A stretch of DNA of 64,000 nt from positions 25,724-89,723 of the forward strand of contig JBGOTL010000001.1 in NCBI GenBank assembly GCA_041476465.1, written 5' to 3'. Shown piece by piece: positions 47,131 through 57,586 of this stretch (the stretch's first letter is position 1; the number at the start of each line of letters is the position of its first letter). The stretch comes from Candidatus Acidiferrum sp. (GTDB lineage: Bacteria > Acidobacteriota > Terriglobia > Acidiferrales > UBA7541). The translations under genes were made by a program, and so were the position numbers. The notes under the pieces were generated by a model. The model ran no database searches and was not told where the DNA came from. It saw nothing but the letters and a program-made list of their open reading frames with translations.

Positions 47131-48480
47131 ATGATTACGGCCACCGAAACGAAACTGCCCAGGATCAAAATGGCGCTGCCCGGGCCCAAGGCCAAGGAAG
47201 TTATCGCCTACGACGCCAGGTTTATCTCGCCCTCCCTCTCGCGTGATTATCCGCTGGTGGCGAAGCGCGGCTACGGCGCAATTGTGGAGGATCCGGACGG
47301 GAACGCCTTTCTGGATTTCGCCGCGGGCATCGCGGTCTGCTCCACAGGCCATTGCCACCCGAAAGTGGTGGAGGCCATTCAGAAACAAGCCGCCGAACTC
47401 ATCCACATTGCCGGCACGGATTTTTACCATCATCACATGCCGCAACTGGCGGAGCGCCTAGTCGCGACGATGCCGAAGTCCCACCACTACAAAGTGTTCT
47501 TCGGCAACTCCGGCACCGAGGCGGTAGAAGGCGCGATCAAGCTGGCGCGCTATGCGACGAAGCGGGACAAATTCATCGCCTTTTATGGGTGCTTCCACGG
47601 ACGGACGCTCGGCTCGCTCTCGCTGACGGCCTCGAAGAACACGCAGAGGAAAAACTTTGGGGCGTTACTCGGCGGCGTCGAGCACATCCCGTATCCTTAC
47701 GCGTATCGCTGCGCCCTGGGCCACGGCAACGAAACCTGCGGGGGTGAAATTATCGAGTTGCTCGAGCAGCAGATCTTCAAGCGCTTGTTTGCTCCGGAAG
47801 AAGTTGCGGCGATCATTGTTGAACCAATTCAGGGTGAAGGCGGATTCATTCCTGCGCCGGCATTTTTTCTGCAAGAGCTGCAGCGGCTCTGCAATAAGCA
47901 CGGCATTATTCTTATTCTCGATGAAGTGCAGGCGGGCATGGGCCGCACGGGGAAGATGTGGGCGTACGACCATGCAGGCATCACGCCGGACATCGTGCTC
48001 ACTGCCAAGGGCATCGCCAGTGGCATGCCCATCAGCGCTTTCATTGCCAAAGAGAGCGTCATGCAGTGGAAGCCCGGTTCGCACGGTTCGACCTACGGTG
48101 GCAATCCGGTTTGCGTTGCTTCGGCTCTGGCGACACTCGATTTGATCGAAGGCGGTTTGATGGCGAACGCGCGGATGCTCGGCGACTACATCTTCAGCAA
48201 AATCAAGGACTGGCCGAACCGCTTCAAAATTGTCGGTGATGTGCGCGGTAAAGGCCTGATGGTGGGAATTGAAATCGTGCGCGACCAGCGCACGAAAGAA
48301 AAGGCCCCGGATCTGCGGGACAAGGTTGTCGACAGCGCATTCCGCAAAGGCCTGCTGACGCTCGGTTCCGGCGAGAACTCTATTCGCGTGTCGCCTCCGT
48401 TGATCATCGACGAGGAGCAAGCGGACTGCGCGATTAATATCCTGGAAGAATGCTTCCGCGAAGCGGAGAAGATGATCTAG
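47131..48480 (+). CDS. Class III PLP aminotransferase (acetylornithine/4-aminobutyrate-like)
   Basis: NSGTEAVE, FHGRT, EPIQGEGG, DEVQAGMGRTG, TAKG. Confidence 0.92.
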   Translation: MITATETKLPRIKMALPGPKAKEVIAYDARFISPSLSRDYPLVAKRGYGAIVEDPDGNAFLDFAAGIAVCSTGHCHPKVVEAIQKQAAELIHIAGTDFYHHHMPQLAERLVATMPKSHHYKVFFGNSGTEAVEGAIKLARYATKRDKFIAFYGCFHGRTLGSLSLTASKNTQRKNFGALLGGVEHIPYPYAYRCALGHGNETCGGEIIELLEQQIFKRLFAPEEVAAIIVEPIQGEGGFIPAPAFFLQELQRLCNKHGIILILDEVQAGMGRTGKMWAYDHAGITPDIVLTAKGIASGMPISAFIAKESVMQWKPGSHGSTYGGNPVCVASALATLDLIEGGLMANARMLGDYIFSKIKDWPNRFKIVGDVRGKGLMVGIEIVRDQRTKEKAPDLRDKVVDSAFRKGLLTLGSGENSIRVSPPLIIDEEQADCAINILEECFREAEKMI

Positions 48481-48636
48481 CAGGTTGCTGAAAAAGTGAG
48501 TTGAGGAAGCGGTTTGCGGTTGCTCGTGAATCGCATGTAAGCATTGCGCGGGTGAAACGGCTAAAGTTGAGATTCTTCGGGCCCCGACAGGAGCCGGGAC
48601 CCTCAGAATGACAATTTTGACTTTTTCAGCAGCCTG
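48481..48636. mobile_element. 156-bp MITE with 17-bp terminal inverted repeats and CTAG target duplication
   Basis: Left CAGGTTGCTGAAAAAGT, right ACTTTTTCAGCAGCCTG (16/17 match); CTAG at 48477-80 and 48637-40; no transposase. Confidence 0.85.
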
Positions 48637-48758
48637 CTAGAACAAATTCGCCTTTAGCAGGAAATCCTTGAGAATCCCGTGGCCGCGCAAGATGAAGGTG
48701 GCAGCCACGGGTTTCTTGTTTATACTGCTGCTCATATGACGGTTCCGGTAACAGAATC

Positions 48759-49232
48759 ATGCCGTTGTTCTCGCGATTAATGTTCCTAGCGGTGCGCTGG
48801 GCCGCGCGCCGGGGACTGCGGGACGATGAGGAGCCCGCCCCGGGAGCAGAGAAACACGTTGCGCGAAGGACGGGGGTGCGCGGGGAAACGTATGCCTACT
48901 GGTATCTGCGGCGGCAAGGCTACGTGTTTGTGGCGAAGAATTACATGCCCCGCGGCGCGAAAGGGGAGATCGACCTAATCGGCTACGACGGCGAGACTCT
49001 GGCATTCGTGGAAGTCCGGACACGCACAACCAAGGCGGGAAGCACGGATTTGCCGGAACAGAGCATCACAAGAGAGAAGCAGCGCGTACTTATCCGCACA
49101 GCGCATCGGTTTCTGGGTAAACGCAGGGTGGAAGAATGTCCGTGCCGCTTCGACGTGCTGGCCATTGACAATTCTCCCGGCAAGGCTCCCAGCGTAAGAT
49201 TACATAAGGATGCCTTCAGTCCGCAGATGTAA
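48759..49232 (+). CDS. yraN: YraN family (UPF0102) endonuclease-like protein
   Basis: GETYAYWYLRRQGY, GEIDLI, FVEVRTR, RFDV. Confidence 0.9.
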   Translation: MPLFSRLMFLAVRWAARRGLRDDEEPAPGAEKHVARRTGVRGETYAYWYLRRQGYVFVAKNYMPRGAKGEIDLIGYDGETLAFVEVRTRTTKAGSTDLPEQSITREKQRVLIRTAHRFLGKRRVEECPCRFDVLAIDNSPGKAPSVRLHKDAFSPQM

Positions 49233-49339
49233 CCGATGTTGCGCGAATGGCACCACGGCAGGCCAAGAAAAGGTACAATTTGGGATTGGTTGGCATTCGT
49301 CCCGCGCTGGAGCGCTGAGGAACAATCAAGGAGGCAACT

Positions 49340-50368
49340 TTGCCGGAGTTGCGAAAAGATCCGATCACGGGCCGCTGGGTGATCATATCGACGGAACGCG
49401 GAAAGCGACCGTCGGATTTTCTGCGCGAGAGTGTGATCGCCAAAGAGAGCAATCTCTGCCCCTTTTGCCCGGGGAGCGAGGCGAAGACCCCGCCCGAGAT
49501 TCTCGTCTACGGGCGAAACGGGAGCGGGCCCAACACGCCAGGCTGGGGCATCCGGGTGGTGCCAAACCGGTATCCCGCGCTGGGGATTGAGGGTGATCTG
49601 GACCGCGAAGGCGAAGGACTGTTCGACAAGATGAACGGTGTGGGCGCGCACGAAGTAATCATCGAGACGCCCGAGCATGTGGCGACTCTCGCGACGCTTC
49701 CGGAGCGCGCGGTGGAAGACGTGTTCTGGGCATACCGCGACCGCATGCTGGATCTGAAGAATGACAAGCGTTTCCGCTATGTGCTGATCTTCAAAAACCA
49801 TGGGGAAGCGGCGGGGGCGTCGCTCGATCATCCGCACTCCCAGTTAATTGCGCTGCCCATTGTGCCGCGGCGCGTGCAAGAAGAAGTGGATAGTTGCTGG
49901 CATTATTACGACGAAAAAGAGCGGTGTATTTTCTGCGACATCATCCGGCAAGAACGAGATACCGGTGAGCGGGTGATTGGAGAGAACGAGCACTTCATCA
50001 CGCTGGCGCCCTACGCTTCGCGTTTTCCATTTGAGATGTGGCTGCTGCCCAAAGTGCACGGATCGTCTTATGAGAATAATCAGAGCACGATGTATGCCAG
50101 CCTGGCGCGCATGCTGAAGGAGACGCTGATGCGGCTCGACGTGGTGCTGGACCGCCCGGCGTACAACTTCATGATCCACACTTCCCCGATTGGGGAGGAG
50201 ATCAACGATCACTACCATTGGCATATAGAGATTATTCCGAAGCTGACAAAAGTGGCGGGTTTCGAATGGGGCACCGGCTTTTATATCAATCCGACGCCGC
50301 CGGAGGAATCCGCCAGGTTTTTGCGGGAAGCAAGAATCGCGCCGCCGGTGGCCACGCCGAAAAAATAA
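49340..50368 (+). CDS. galT: Galactose-1-phosphate uridylyltransferase family protein
   Basis: ELRKDPITGRWVII, CPFCPG, HPHSQ nucleophile; TTG start after GGAGG. Confidence 0.92.
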   Translation: MPELRKDPITGRWVIISTERGKRPSDFLRESVIAKESNLCPFCPGSEAKTPPEILVYGRNGSGPNTPGWGIRVVPNRYPALGIEGDLDREGEGLFDKMNGVGAHEVIIETPEHVATLATLPERAVEDVFWAYRDRMLDLKNDKRFRYVLIFKNHGEAAGASLDHPHSQLIALPIVPRRVQEEVDSCWHYYDEKERCIFCDIIRQERDTGERVIGENEHFITLAPYASRFPFEMWLLPKVHGSSYENNQSTMYASLARMLKETLMRLDVVLDRPAYNFMIHTSPIGEEINDHYHWHIEIIPKLTKVAGFEWGTGFYINPTPPEESARFLREARIAPPVATPKK

Positions 50369-50401
50369 GCGCAGCGGTCAGAAGGTGCAGCGTGTCGCGC
50401 C

Positions 50402-50430
50402 CTGACACCCCTGAACATTTTCGCTATACT
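50402..50430 (+). promoter_or_regulatory. Putative tRNA-Cys promoter
   Basis: CTGACA-N17-TATACT. Confidence 0.55.
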
Positions 50431-50439
50431 TAAAGTCTC

Positions 50440-50516
50440 GGCGCGGTACCCAAGTGGCCCAAGGGAGAGGTCTGCAAAACCTCCATTCGTGGGTTCGAAT
50501 CCCACCCGCGCCTCCA
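50440..50516 (+). tRNA. tRNA-Cys (GCA)
   Basis: Acceptor GGCGCGG/CCGCGCC, anticodon arm GAGGT-CTGCAAA-ACCTC, T-loop TTCGAAT, U discriminator, encoded CCA. Confidence 0.97.
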
Positions 50517-50886
50517 CGCATTTTGGGCATGCACTGCCAACGCCCGCCTTCCTACTAGTCGTTTTACCCACCAAGTTTTGAAATTTGCTCTGTCTGCCCA
50601 CGAAGCGCCAACTACCGATCTGAAAAGGTCCTTGCAGTCGCCGTGCTCAACCTATTCGAGAGCAAGATACTCTTCACCTGTAGGGGTCGCTGAGATCGAA
50701 TCGTGGCCCTAGTTTTCTTTTGAATGCGGACGGTAGAAGCAAACTAATTGAGTAGGGGAGATGTTCCAGATTGAACCAGGAATTTGAACTCGCTACATTC
50801 GAGTCCTTCGAACTGTCCCTGACGCCGATTTACATCCGAGAAGTCCATTCATTTCAACGCCTACAGGAACGTCTTGAGGCTGTGAA

Positions 50887-50901
50887 TGGCTGTCAAGTTG
50901 C
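50887..50901 (+). promoter_or_regulatory. Candidate sigma54 -24/-12 promoter
   Basis: TGGCTG-TCAAG-TTGC (GG-N10-GC) about 22 nt before the YfiR-like start. Confidence 0.45.
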
Positions 50902-50923
50902 CCTATGTTGCTGGGGGTGAAAT

Positions 50924-51547
50924 GTGTTCGTTGTACGGGGGAATGACGGAAGAGCTTTGCGAATTAAGTTCGAGACGCCCGGGGGTGTCGCGCTACGGTT
51001 CTTCCTCGCGGTGTGTCTACTGTGCCAGCCGCGGAGCATGGTCTCTGCGAGTCCTAATTCAACTTCCTCAGAATATCTTTTGAAGGCCAATTTTATCGCC
51101 AAATTTCCAAGTTTTGTGGAATGGCCAAAGGAAGCCTTCTCTTCGCCGCAGGCGCCGATCTTGCTTTGTGTCTATGGATATTATCCGTTTGGGACGTCGC
51201 TCGGGCTGGCGGCCAGTGGACAGACGGTTCGTGGAAGGCGTATGGAGGTGCGACTTCTGAACAAAGAAGAAAATCTAAGATTGTGTCACATCGTATTTGT
51301 CAGCCATTCAGAGGCGAAGAAGTACAACAAGGTATTCGAGGCTGTGCGAGGGGCGAGCGTCATGACGATTGGGGAAACTCCTGAATTTCTTGATGTGGGA
51401 GGCACAATGAGCTTTGTGTTCCAGCAGGAGTCACTCAAGTTTGAGGTGAACCTCGATGCGGTGACTGCAGCGCATCTGAAGATCAGCTCGAGGCTGCTGG
51501 CTTTGGCGAAGCACGTGGCGAGCAAAGTAGCGGAGGCGCGGAGGTAG
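50924..51547 (+). CDS. YfiR family (DUF4154) periplasmic regulator
   Basis: EYLLKANFIAKFPSFVEWP, LCVYG, CHIVFVS, FEVNL..V.AAHLKISSRLL.LA; start uncertain. Confidence 0.88.
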   Translation: MFVVRGNDGRALRIKFETPGGVALRFFLAVCLLCQPRSMVSASPNSTSSEYLLKANFIAKFPSFVEWPKEAFSSPQAPILLCVYGYYPFGTSLGLAASGQTVRGRRMEVRLLNKEENLRLCHIVFVSHSEAKKYNKVFEAVRGASVMTIGETPEFLDVGGTMSFVFQQESLKFEVNLDAVTAAHLKISSRLLALAKHVASKVAEARR

Positions 51548-51548
51548 C

Positions 51549-54500
51549 ATGTTTACCTGGAAGAAGCGCGAACTCACGTTACGCCAGCGTCTGACGCTGA
51601 TGACGATGATCACGAGCGGGATTGGATTGATGTTCGTTTGCGCGGGTTTTTTCTATTACGACCTTGGTGAATTTCGGACAAGGAAAGCGCGTGATATCGC
51701 TTCGACTACTGACCTGCTGAGCGCCAATGCAAACGCAGCGCTGGCATTCGACGACTCCAGGGCGGGCGAACAGACCTTGGAAGCAATGCGCGCGTATCCA
51801 GGTATTCGAACAGCAATTCTGTATCAGGCAGATGGCCGGCGGTTCGCGTGGTATCTCCGGCGGGACCTGGCCGGCAACTACCAACCTCCCGAAAGACTTT
51901 CGAATGGGCTGGTCTGGGCAAGAGATTTCTTGTCATTCACAGAGACAGTGTATCTCGACGGGAAGCCGGTCGGGATGCTTTATCTGGAAGCTGATTTAAG
52001 CGATTTACAGGAACGAGAGGCGCACTTTGTATGGACTTGGGCGGGAATGTCCCTGGTTTGTTTGCTAATTGTCTACCTTCTTTCCGCAGGGCTTAGCCGA
52101 ACGATTGTGCGGCCGATTCTCGAGCTGGCGGGGATCGCTCGTTTTGTGGCTTCGGAAAAAGATTACTCTCTCCGGACGCCTAAAGGCGCTGGCGGGGAGC
52201 TTGGACAACTGGGAGCTGATTTCAACCACATGCTCGAGGAGATCGAGCGTCGGGACCTGGCGCTCAACGAGGCCCGCAATTCACTGGAACACCGGGTTGC
52301 CGAGCGCACCAAGGAGCTCGAGGGGGAGGTTCTCGATCGGCGGCGGGCGGAAAATTCCTTGCGCGAACGTACCAGTTTTCTCGACACTCTGGTCGCTAGC
52401 AATCCCATCGCAATCATAGTGCACGATCGGAACGGGCGCGTCGAACTAGCGAATCCGGCCTTTCTCAGCCTTTTTGGTTACACGAAAGAAGAAGCCCTGG
52501 GCACGCCCATTCTTGACCTCATAGCAACACCGGAAATGCGTAAAGAGGTGGAACGCAATCAAGGGGAGACGCTTTCTCGAAGAGCGGTTCACAAAACGGC
52601 TCAAAGAATGCGGCACGACGGCCAACTTGTCGACGTCGAGATTTACGGAGTTCCACTCTTGGTCGAAGAAGAAATTCGCGGTGGATTGGTGCTGTACCAA
52701 GACATCAGGGCGCACGTGATGGCACAAAAAGAGCTAAGAAAGAGCGAAGAGCAATTCCGCACACTCAGCGAAGCCGCCCCCGTAGGCATATTCCGCGCGG
52801 ACGCCAATGGTCAGATCCTCTACGTGAATAACCGTTTGGCAGAGATGACTGGACGCCCTGCCGAAGAAGTCTTAAGCAATGGATGGATAACGGCCATCCA
52901 TCCGGACGACCGCGCGCAGGCAGCGAGCGTTTGGAAAACGGGGACTGGCATGGGGATGGAATTAAAGGACGAATACCGTTTTCTTACTCCGGAAGGCCAT
53001 GTGAACTGGGTGGAATGTGAGTCGCGCGCGATGCACGCTCCTGACGGAACTCTGCTGGGGTACGTGGGCGTCATCGAGGATGTGACGAAGAGGCGCGCGG
53101 CGGAGTATCGGCTGCTGGTAGCGAAAGAAGCGGCCGAGGCAGCAAATCAGGCAAAGAGTGAATTTCTGGCAAATATGAGCCACGAGATTCGAACGCCGCT
53201 GAATGGCGTCATGGGCATGACGGATCTGGCGCTCGATACCAAACTTACCCCGGAGCAGCGGGAATACATGGAGACGGTCAAGCTGTCGGCGGACTCCTTG
53301 CTCATTGTGATCAATGACATTCTGGACTTTTCGAAGATTGAGGCGGGGAGAATCGATTTAGAAGCGGTCGATTTCAACCTGCGCGATTGCATGGAAGAAA
53401 CGCTAAAAACGCTCGCCGTGCGGGCGGACGAAAAAGGTCTGGAGCTGCTGTGCGAGATAGCTCCCGAAGTGCCCGAGGTTGTGCGGGGAGATTCCAGCAG
53501 GGTGCGTCAAGTTCTAGTCAATTTGGTGGGCAACGCCATCAAGTTCACGGGCGAGGGGGAAGTTGCGCTGAAAGTTCAAGCCGACGGCGAGAGCGGCGAG
53601 GATCGCGTCTTGCATTTTAGCGTCTCGGACACGGGGATCGGGATCCCTCCGGAAAAGCAGGGGTTGATCTTTGATCCGTTTACTCAAGCGGATAACTCGA
53701 CGACACGGAAATACGGAGGAACCGGCTTGGGACTAGCCATCTCGACGCGCCTGGTGGAGATGATGGGAGGAAGAATCTGGGTGGAGAGCCAAGTTGGCCG
53801 AGGAACGCAATTTCATTTTACGGCGCGGCTGGGGGCTGCGGATGCAAAGGCCATCAAAGTGGGTTCCATTGCTCCGCCCGAGATACTGCGGGGCGTGAAG
53901 GTCCTGGTGGTGGACGACAACCAGACGAACCGGCGGATTCTCGCAGGGATGTTGAAGCGCTGGGATATGAAGTCGACGTCCGCGGAAGGCGGAGAAGAGG
54001 CCTTGGCGCAACTGTCCGCAGCTCGGGAAGCGGGGGAGCCGTACGCGCTGATTTTGACGGACATGCATATGCCGAAGATGGACGGCTTCACCCTGGTGGA
54101 ACGAATACGGCAAAGGCCGGAATTATCGACGGCCACCATCATGATGCTTACTTCCGCGGGGCATCGAGGGGATGCGGCACGCTGCCGGGAACTGGGGGTT
54201 GCTGCCTACTTGCTGAAGCCTATCCGGCAATCCGAATTGCGCGAAGCCATTGCCAGAGTGCTCGGGGCGCGAGAGCAAGATGGCGCAATTCCGCTGATCA
54301 CGCGGTACTCCTTGCACGATGCTCGCGACCCCAGGGCCTTCTTGCGCGTGCTGCTGGCGGAAGATAATGCGGTAAACCAGCGGCTGGCGACGCGGTTGCT
54401 GGAGAAGAGGGGGCACCACGTGACCGTGGCCGCCAATGGGCTCGAAGTGCTGGATGCGCTTACGAAAGAAAGTTACGACCTGGTGTTGATGGACGTACAG

Positions 54501-54755
54501 ATGCCGGAGATGGACGGGATCGAAGCAACTGCTGCGATTCGGAAAAAGGAGAAAGGCAGCGAAATCCACCAAGCAGTGATCGCTCTGACCGCGCACGCCA
54601 TGAAAGGGGATCGCGAGCGCTGCCTGGCGGCGGGCATGGATGGGTATCTTTCCAAACCGATCCGGCCGCCGGAACTGGACGAGCTCCTGGAGGGTTACGT
54701 GGCGCGGCGGATGGAAGCGGCGCATACGCTTGAGACTGCTGGGCGGAGCAGATGA
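51549..54755 (+). CDS. Hybrid sensor histidine kinase (YfiN-like periplasmic sensor, HAMP, 2 PAS, HisKA, HATPase, 2 REC)
   Basis: [37 protein letters not shown]; two receiver domains. Confidence 0.95.
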   Translation: MFTWKKRELTLRQRLTLMTMITSGIGLMFVCAGFFYYDLGEFRTRKARDIASTTDLLSANANAALAFDDSRAGEQTLEAMRAYPGIRTAILYQADGRRFAWYLRRDLAGNYQPPERLSNGLVWARDFLSFTETVYLDGKPVGMLYLEADLSDLQEREAHFVWTWAGMSLVCLLIVYLLSAGLSRTIVRPILELAGIARFVASEKDYSLRTPKGAGGELGQLGADFNHMLEEIERRDLALNEARNSLEHRVAERTKELEGEVLDRRRAENSLRERTSFLDTLVASNPIAIIVHDRNGRVELANPAFLSLFGYTKEEALGTPILDLIATPEMRKEVERNQGETLSRRAVHKTAQRMRHDGQLVDVEIYGVPLLVEEEIRGGLVLYQDIRAHVMAQKELRKSEEQFRTLSEAAPVGIFRADANGQILYVNNRLAEMTGRPAEEVLSNGWITAIHPDDRAQAASVWKTGTGMGMELKDEYRFLTPEGHVNWVECESRAMHAPDGTLLGYVGVIEDVTKRRAAEYRLLVAKEAAEAANQAKSEFLANMSHEIRTPLNGVMGMTDLALDTKLTPEQREYMETVKLSADSLLIVINDILDFSKIEAGRIDLEAVDFNLRDCMEETLKTLAVRADEKGLELLCEIAPEVPEVVRGDSSRVRQVLVNLVGNAIKFTGEGEVALKVQADGESGEDRVLHFSVSDTGIGIPPEKQGLIFDPFTQADNSTTRKYGGTGLGLAISTRLVEMMGGRIWVESQVGRGTQFHFTARLGAADAKAIKVGSIAPPEILRGVKVLVVDDNQTNRRILAGMLKRWDMKSTSAEGGEEALAQLSAAREAGEPYALILTDMHMPKMDGFTLVERIRQRPELSTATIMMLTSAGHRGDAARCRELGVAAYLLKPIRQSELREAIARVLGAREQDGAIPLITRYSLHDARDPRAFLRVLLAEDNAVNQRLATRLLEKRGHHVTVAANGLEVLDALTKESYDLVLMDVQMPEMDGIEATAAIRKKEKGSEIHQAVIALTAHAMKGDRERCLAAGMDGYLSKPIRPPELDELLEGYVARRMEAAHTLETAGRSR

Positions 54756-55162
54756 GCAACAAAGCGCCGACGCCGGGAGGACAGGACATGAATCAAGCAA
54801 ATAATCCTATTTCAAGACTTGCCGTGAATTTTCCCGAACTGCTCGAGCGGGTGGAAAATGACCGCGAATTACTTTGCGACCTGATTGGAATCTTCAGGGA
54901 GGAGTTCCCGCGTCTCCAACAGTCGTTGCAAGGGGCCGTGGCTCGCGAGGACATGAAACAGGTGGAAGTCACGGGCCACAGCCTGAAGGGCATGCTTTTC
55001 AACCTCTGCGTTACGAGGGCAGGGCGGGCCGCGTCCCGGCTAGAACAGATGGGGCGAGAGAGAGAAAGGTCGGGGCTGAGGGAGGCCTTGGCGGCTTTCG
55101 AGCACGAAGTGGCGGGCCTTGTGCCGGAGCTGGACGCGTACATGGCAGAGGTGCGGCAGTGA
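54752..55162 (+). CDS. Hpt domain phosphotransfer protein
   Basis: LLERVEND.ELL..L...F, GHSLKG; alternative start ATG 54788. Confidence 0.9.
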   Translation: MSNKAPTPGGQDMNQANNPISRLAVNFPELLERVENDRELLCDLIGIFREEFPRLQQSLQGAVAREDMKQVEVTGHSLKGMLFNLCVTRAGRAASRLEQMGRERERSGLREALAAFEHEVAGLVPELDAYMAEVRQ

Positions 55163-56148
55163 AGATTCTGATCGCGGATGATGAGGCGTTTTCACGACGA
55201 TTGCTGGAGAAAACACTGGAGCGGGCAGGCTATGAAGTAGTCTCGGTGAAAAATGGCCGGAACGCCGTAGAGAAATTGAGCGAGCCGGATAGTCCGCGCC
55301 TCGCGCTGCTGGACTGGGTCATGCCGGAGATGGATGGACCCGATGTTTGCCGCGCGGTGCGCCGGCAGCAGGGTCATCCCTATCGGTTTCTTGTGCTTCT
55401 CTCGTCGAAAGAATCCAAGAAAGACATCGTGACCGGGCTGGAATCCGGCGCGGATGATTATTTGACCAAGCCTTTCGACGCTGAAGAACTGAAAGCGCGG
55501 GTGCGCACCGGCGAGCGGATTCTGCGCCTGGAAGATTCTCTGGTAGAGGCGCGCGAGAGCATGCGCTACCAGGCGACGCATGACCAGCTGACCTCTCTGC
55601 TGAATCGTGGGGTGATTATCGATCTTCTCAGCCGCGAGCTATCGCGTTCGCAGCGCGAAGGCATCTCCACGGCCATTCTACTGTGCGATATCGACCAATT
55701 TAAGACGGTGAACGACACCTATGGCCACGTTACGGGCGACGAAGTTCTGAAAGAAATTAGCAAACGGCTGCTTTCTTCGGTACGTTCTTATGATTTTGTG
55801 GGGCGTTATGGGGGAGAAGAATTTCTGGTTATTCTGAACAACTGCGATCCCGGCAGCGCGGTGCCGCGCACGGAACAGATCCGCGCAAACATTGCGAACC
55901 GCCCGGTCTTGACGGCGCAGGGCGCGCTTCCCATTACCATGAGTTTTGGTGTTTTGCTGAATCAGGAGTGGGGAGCAAGGCCCGCGGAAGAATTGTTGCA
56001 CGAAACAGACGCTGCGCTCTATGAAGCAAAAGCTTCCGGCCGGAATTGCGTGCGCCTAGCTAAATTCCGCCGCGCGGAGGATCATGGGGGCGAAATGGGC
56101 AGGGAAGCAGAACCACGCGCCGCAGTTCTCAGCAAAAATCATCGATAA
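55159..56148 (+). CDS. Response regulator-diguanylate cyclase (REC-GGEEF)
   Basis: GTG start KILIADD, LLDWVMP, KPF, RYGGEEF with RxxD (RSYD); overlaps the Hpt stop. Confidence 0.93.
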   Translation: MKILIADDEAFSRRLLEKTLERAGYEVVSVKNGRNAVEKLSEPDSPRLALLDWVMPEMDGPDVCRAVRRQQGHPYRFLVLLSSKESKKDIVTGLESGADDYLTKPFDAEELKARVRTGERILRLEDSLVEARESMRYQATHDQLTSLLNRGVIIDLLSRELSRSQREGISTAILLCDIDQFKTVNDTYGHVTGDEVLKEISKRLLSSVRSYDFVGRYGGEEFLVILNNCDPGSAVPRTEQIRANIANRPVLTAQGALPITMSFGVLLNQEWGARPAEELLHETDAALYEAKASGRNCVRLAKFRRAEDHGGEMGREAEPRAAVLSKNHR

Positions 56149-56159
56149 ACGGCTTAGTC

Positions 56160-56609
56160 TTATTTTGGTTTGGAGCGGATCTGCTCCATCATTTGCCGCA
56201 TGGCCGCGCCCGAGCCGGGTGCGCGTTTTTCGCGCCACACTTCCAGCCGTTTGCATACTTCCTCGATCGCGGAGAACAGGTGTGGATTCTTGAAGGCCAC
56301 CCGCCAGACCGGCACAATGGTCCGCATGCGGTCCCACACCACGGCGATCTCGCCGTTATTTTCGAAGAAAAATTCGTCATTAATCAGGCCGCGATTCACG
56401 ACGCTGGCCACCATATCCCAGTAACTGGTTACCATGCGAATGTAGGTGTTCTCCTCGGTCCCTTGAGGGTACTTCTGCATCATTTCTTCAGGGGACGTGG
56501 GATGAAAATGCTCGACGAACCAAGCCCGCGCCTGGCGCAGACGCGGTTCGCGGCGCAGCTCGTACATGCGCAGCATTAGATTTACTTCGTCATAGGTAAT
56601 CTGGGGCAT
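56160..56609 (-). CDS. Conserved hypothetical protein (DUF4760-like)
   Basis: LMLRMYELRREPRLRQARAWF, YWDMVAS.VNRGLI; family label recalled, not verified. Confidence 0.75.
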   Translation of the reverse strand: MPQITYDEVNLMLRMYELRREPRLRQARAWFVEHFHPTSPEEMMQKYPQGTEENTYIRMVTSYWDMVASVVNRGLINDEFFFENNGEIAVVWDRMRTIVPVWRVAFKNPHLFSAIEEVCKRLEVWREKRAPGSGAAMRQMMEQIRSKPK

Positions 56610-56626
56610 TATACGTACTCCTTAAG

Positions 56627-57502
56627 CTAATTCGTGGGACCCGGCGCAATCACTCCCTCCCGGTTCGGCAGTGTCACCAGTTCCAGGCGCTGAACCTGTG
56701 AGACAGGAATACCTTTTCTCTGAAACTCGATCTGAATGCGGCGGCGCAGCTCGCGGGAGACATCATCCTGGCGAGTCGGCGCAGTCCGCACCTGCAGGCG
56801 CACGGTGGACGAGGTGCGGTCGTAGGATTGCACACCCAAGATGCGCGGCCCGTCCACCAGCGCCTGGGCCCATGCGGGATCGTTGCGCAAATCGGTTGCA
56901 GCGGCTTCTAGTGCAGGCATGGATTGCTCCAGCGGCGTTTCCGGCGCGATGGCGATGTCGATGAATGCCTGGGACCAGTCGCGGCTGAGATTTGCGACGA
57001 CGCGAGTATCGCCATTGGCGATGGTAACCAGTGCGCCACGAGCATCGCGTACAACGGTGCGCCGCAGAGTTAGATGCTCGACGCGACCAATAGTTTCACC
57101 TACCTGAATGAGATCGCCGACAACGTACTGATCTTCGAGAACAATGTAGAAACCGGTGATGACGTCGCGGACCAGATTTTGCGCGCCAAAGCCTATGGCA
57201 AGGCTGGCCAACCCAGCTAAAGCCGCAACGGGAGTGATGTTAATCCCAAACTCCGGGAGCGCGGTCAGCAAAGCGACCGCCCAGATGATCTTGCTTCCGG
57301 TGCTGTAGAGGACGCCGGCGAGCGTGCGAGTTTGCTGCTCGCGAACTTGCGCCAGGCGCACCTGCGAGGAGGCGGGTTTAATGAGCAAGTTGGTTACCGC
57401 GCGGAGGAAACGGTTCAGGAGCAGCGCGATGACAAAGATGCCGACAAGATGGAGAGAGTTTGAGAGTGTGAATTTCGGCCAGTGAGTGATGAGACTAGAC
57501 AT
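56627..57502 (-). CDS. mscS: Small-conductance mechanosensitive channel family protein
   Basis: LAIGFGAQNLVRDVITGFYI..EDQY.VGD, GRVE.LTLR.T.VR. Confidence 0.92.
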   Translation of the reverse strand: MSSLITHWPKFTLSNSLHLVGIFVIALLLNRFLRAVTNLLIKPASSQVRLAQVREQQTRTLAGVLYSTGSKIIWAVALLTALPEFGINITPVAALAGLASLAIGFGAQNLVRDVITGFYIVLEDQYVVGDLIQVGETIGRVEHLTLRRTVVRDARGALVTIANGDTRVVANLSRDWSQAFIDIAIAPETPLEQSMPALEAAATDLRNDPAWAQALVDGPRILGVQSYDRTSSTVRLQVRTAPTRQDDVSRELRRRIQIEFQRKGIPVSQVQRLELVTLPNREGVIAPGPTN

Positions 57503-57586
57503 AGGCTTTGTAAGGGGGCGAGTATAGCATTGGCGTAGCGATGTTGCGCCAGTGGAGGGCGGAAGCCCTCGATCGGCCCCGGGGAG

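Noticed and set aside
45474-50516. Functional clustering of cysS and tRNA-Cys with the Sec rhodanese
   Set aside because: Separated by many unrelated genes, with no shared regulation visible; no selA/B/C/D or tRNA-Sec in the window.
50500-56170. Integrative element at tRNA-Cys with attR
   Set aside because: I found no repeat of the tRNA 3' end and no integrase downstream; island status remains inference only.
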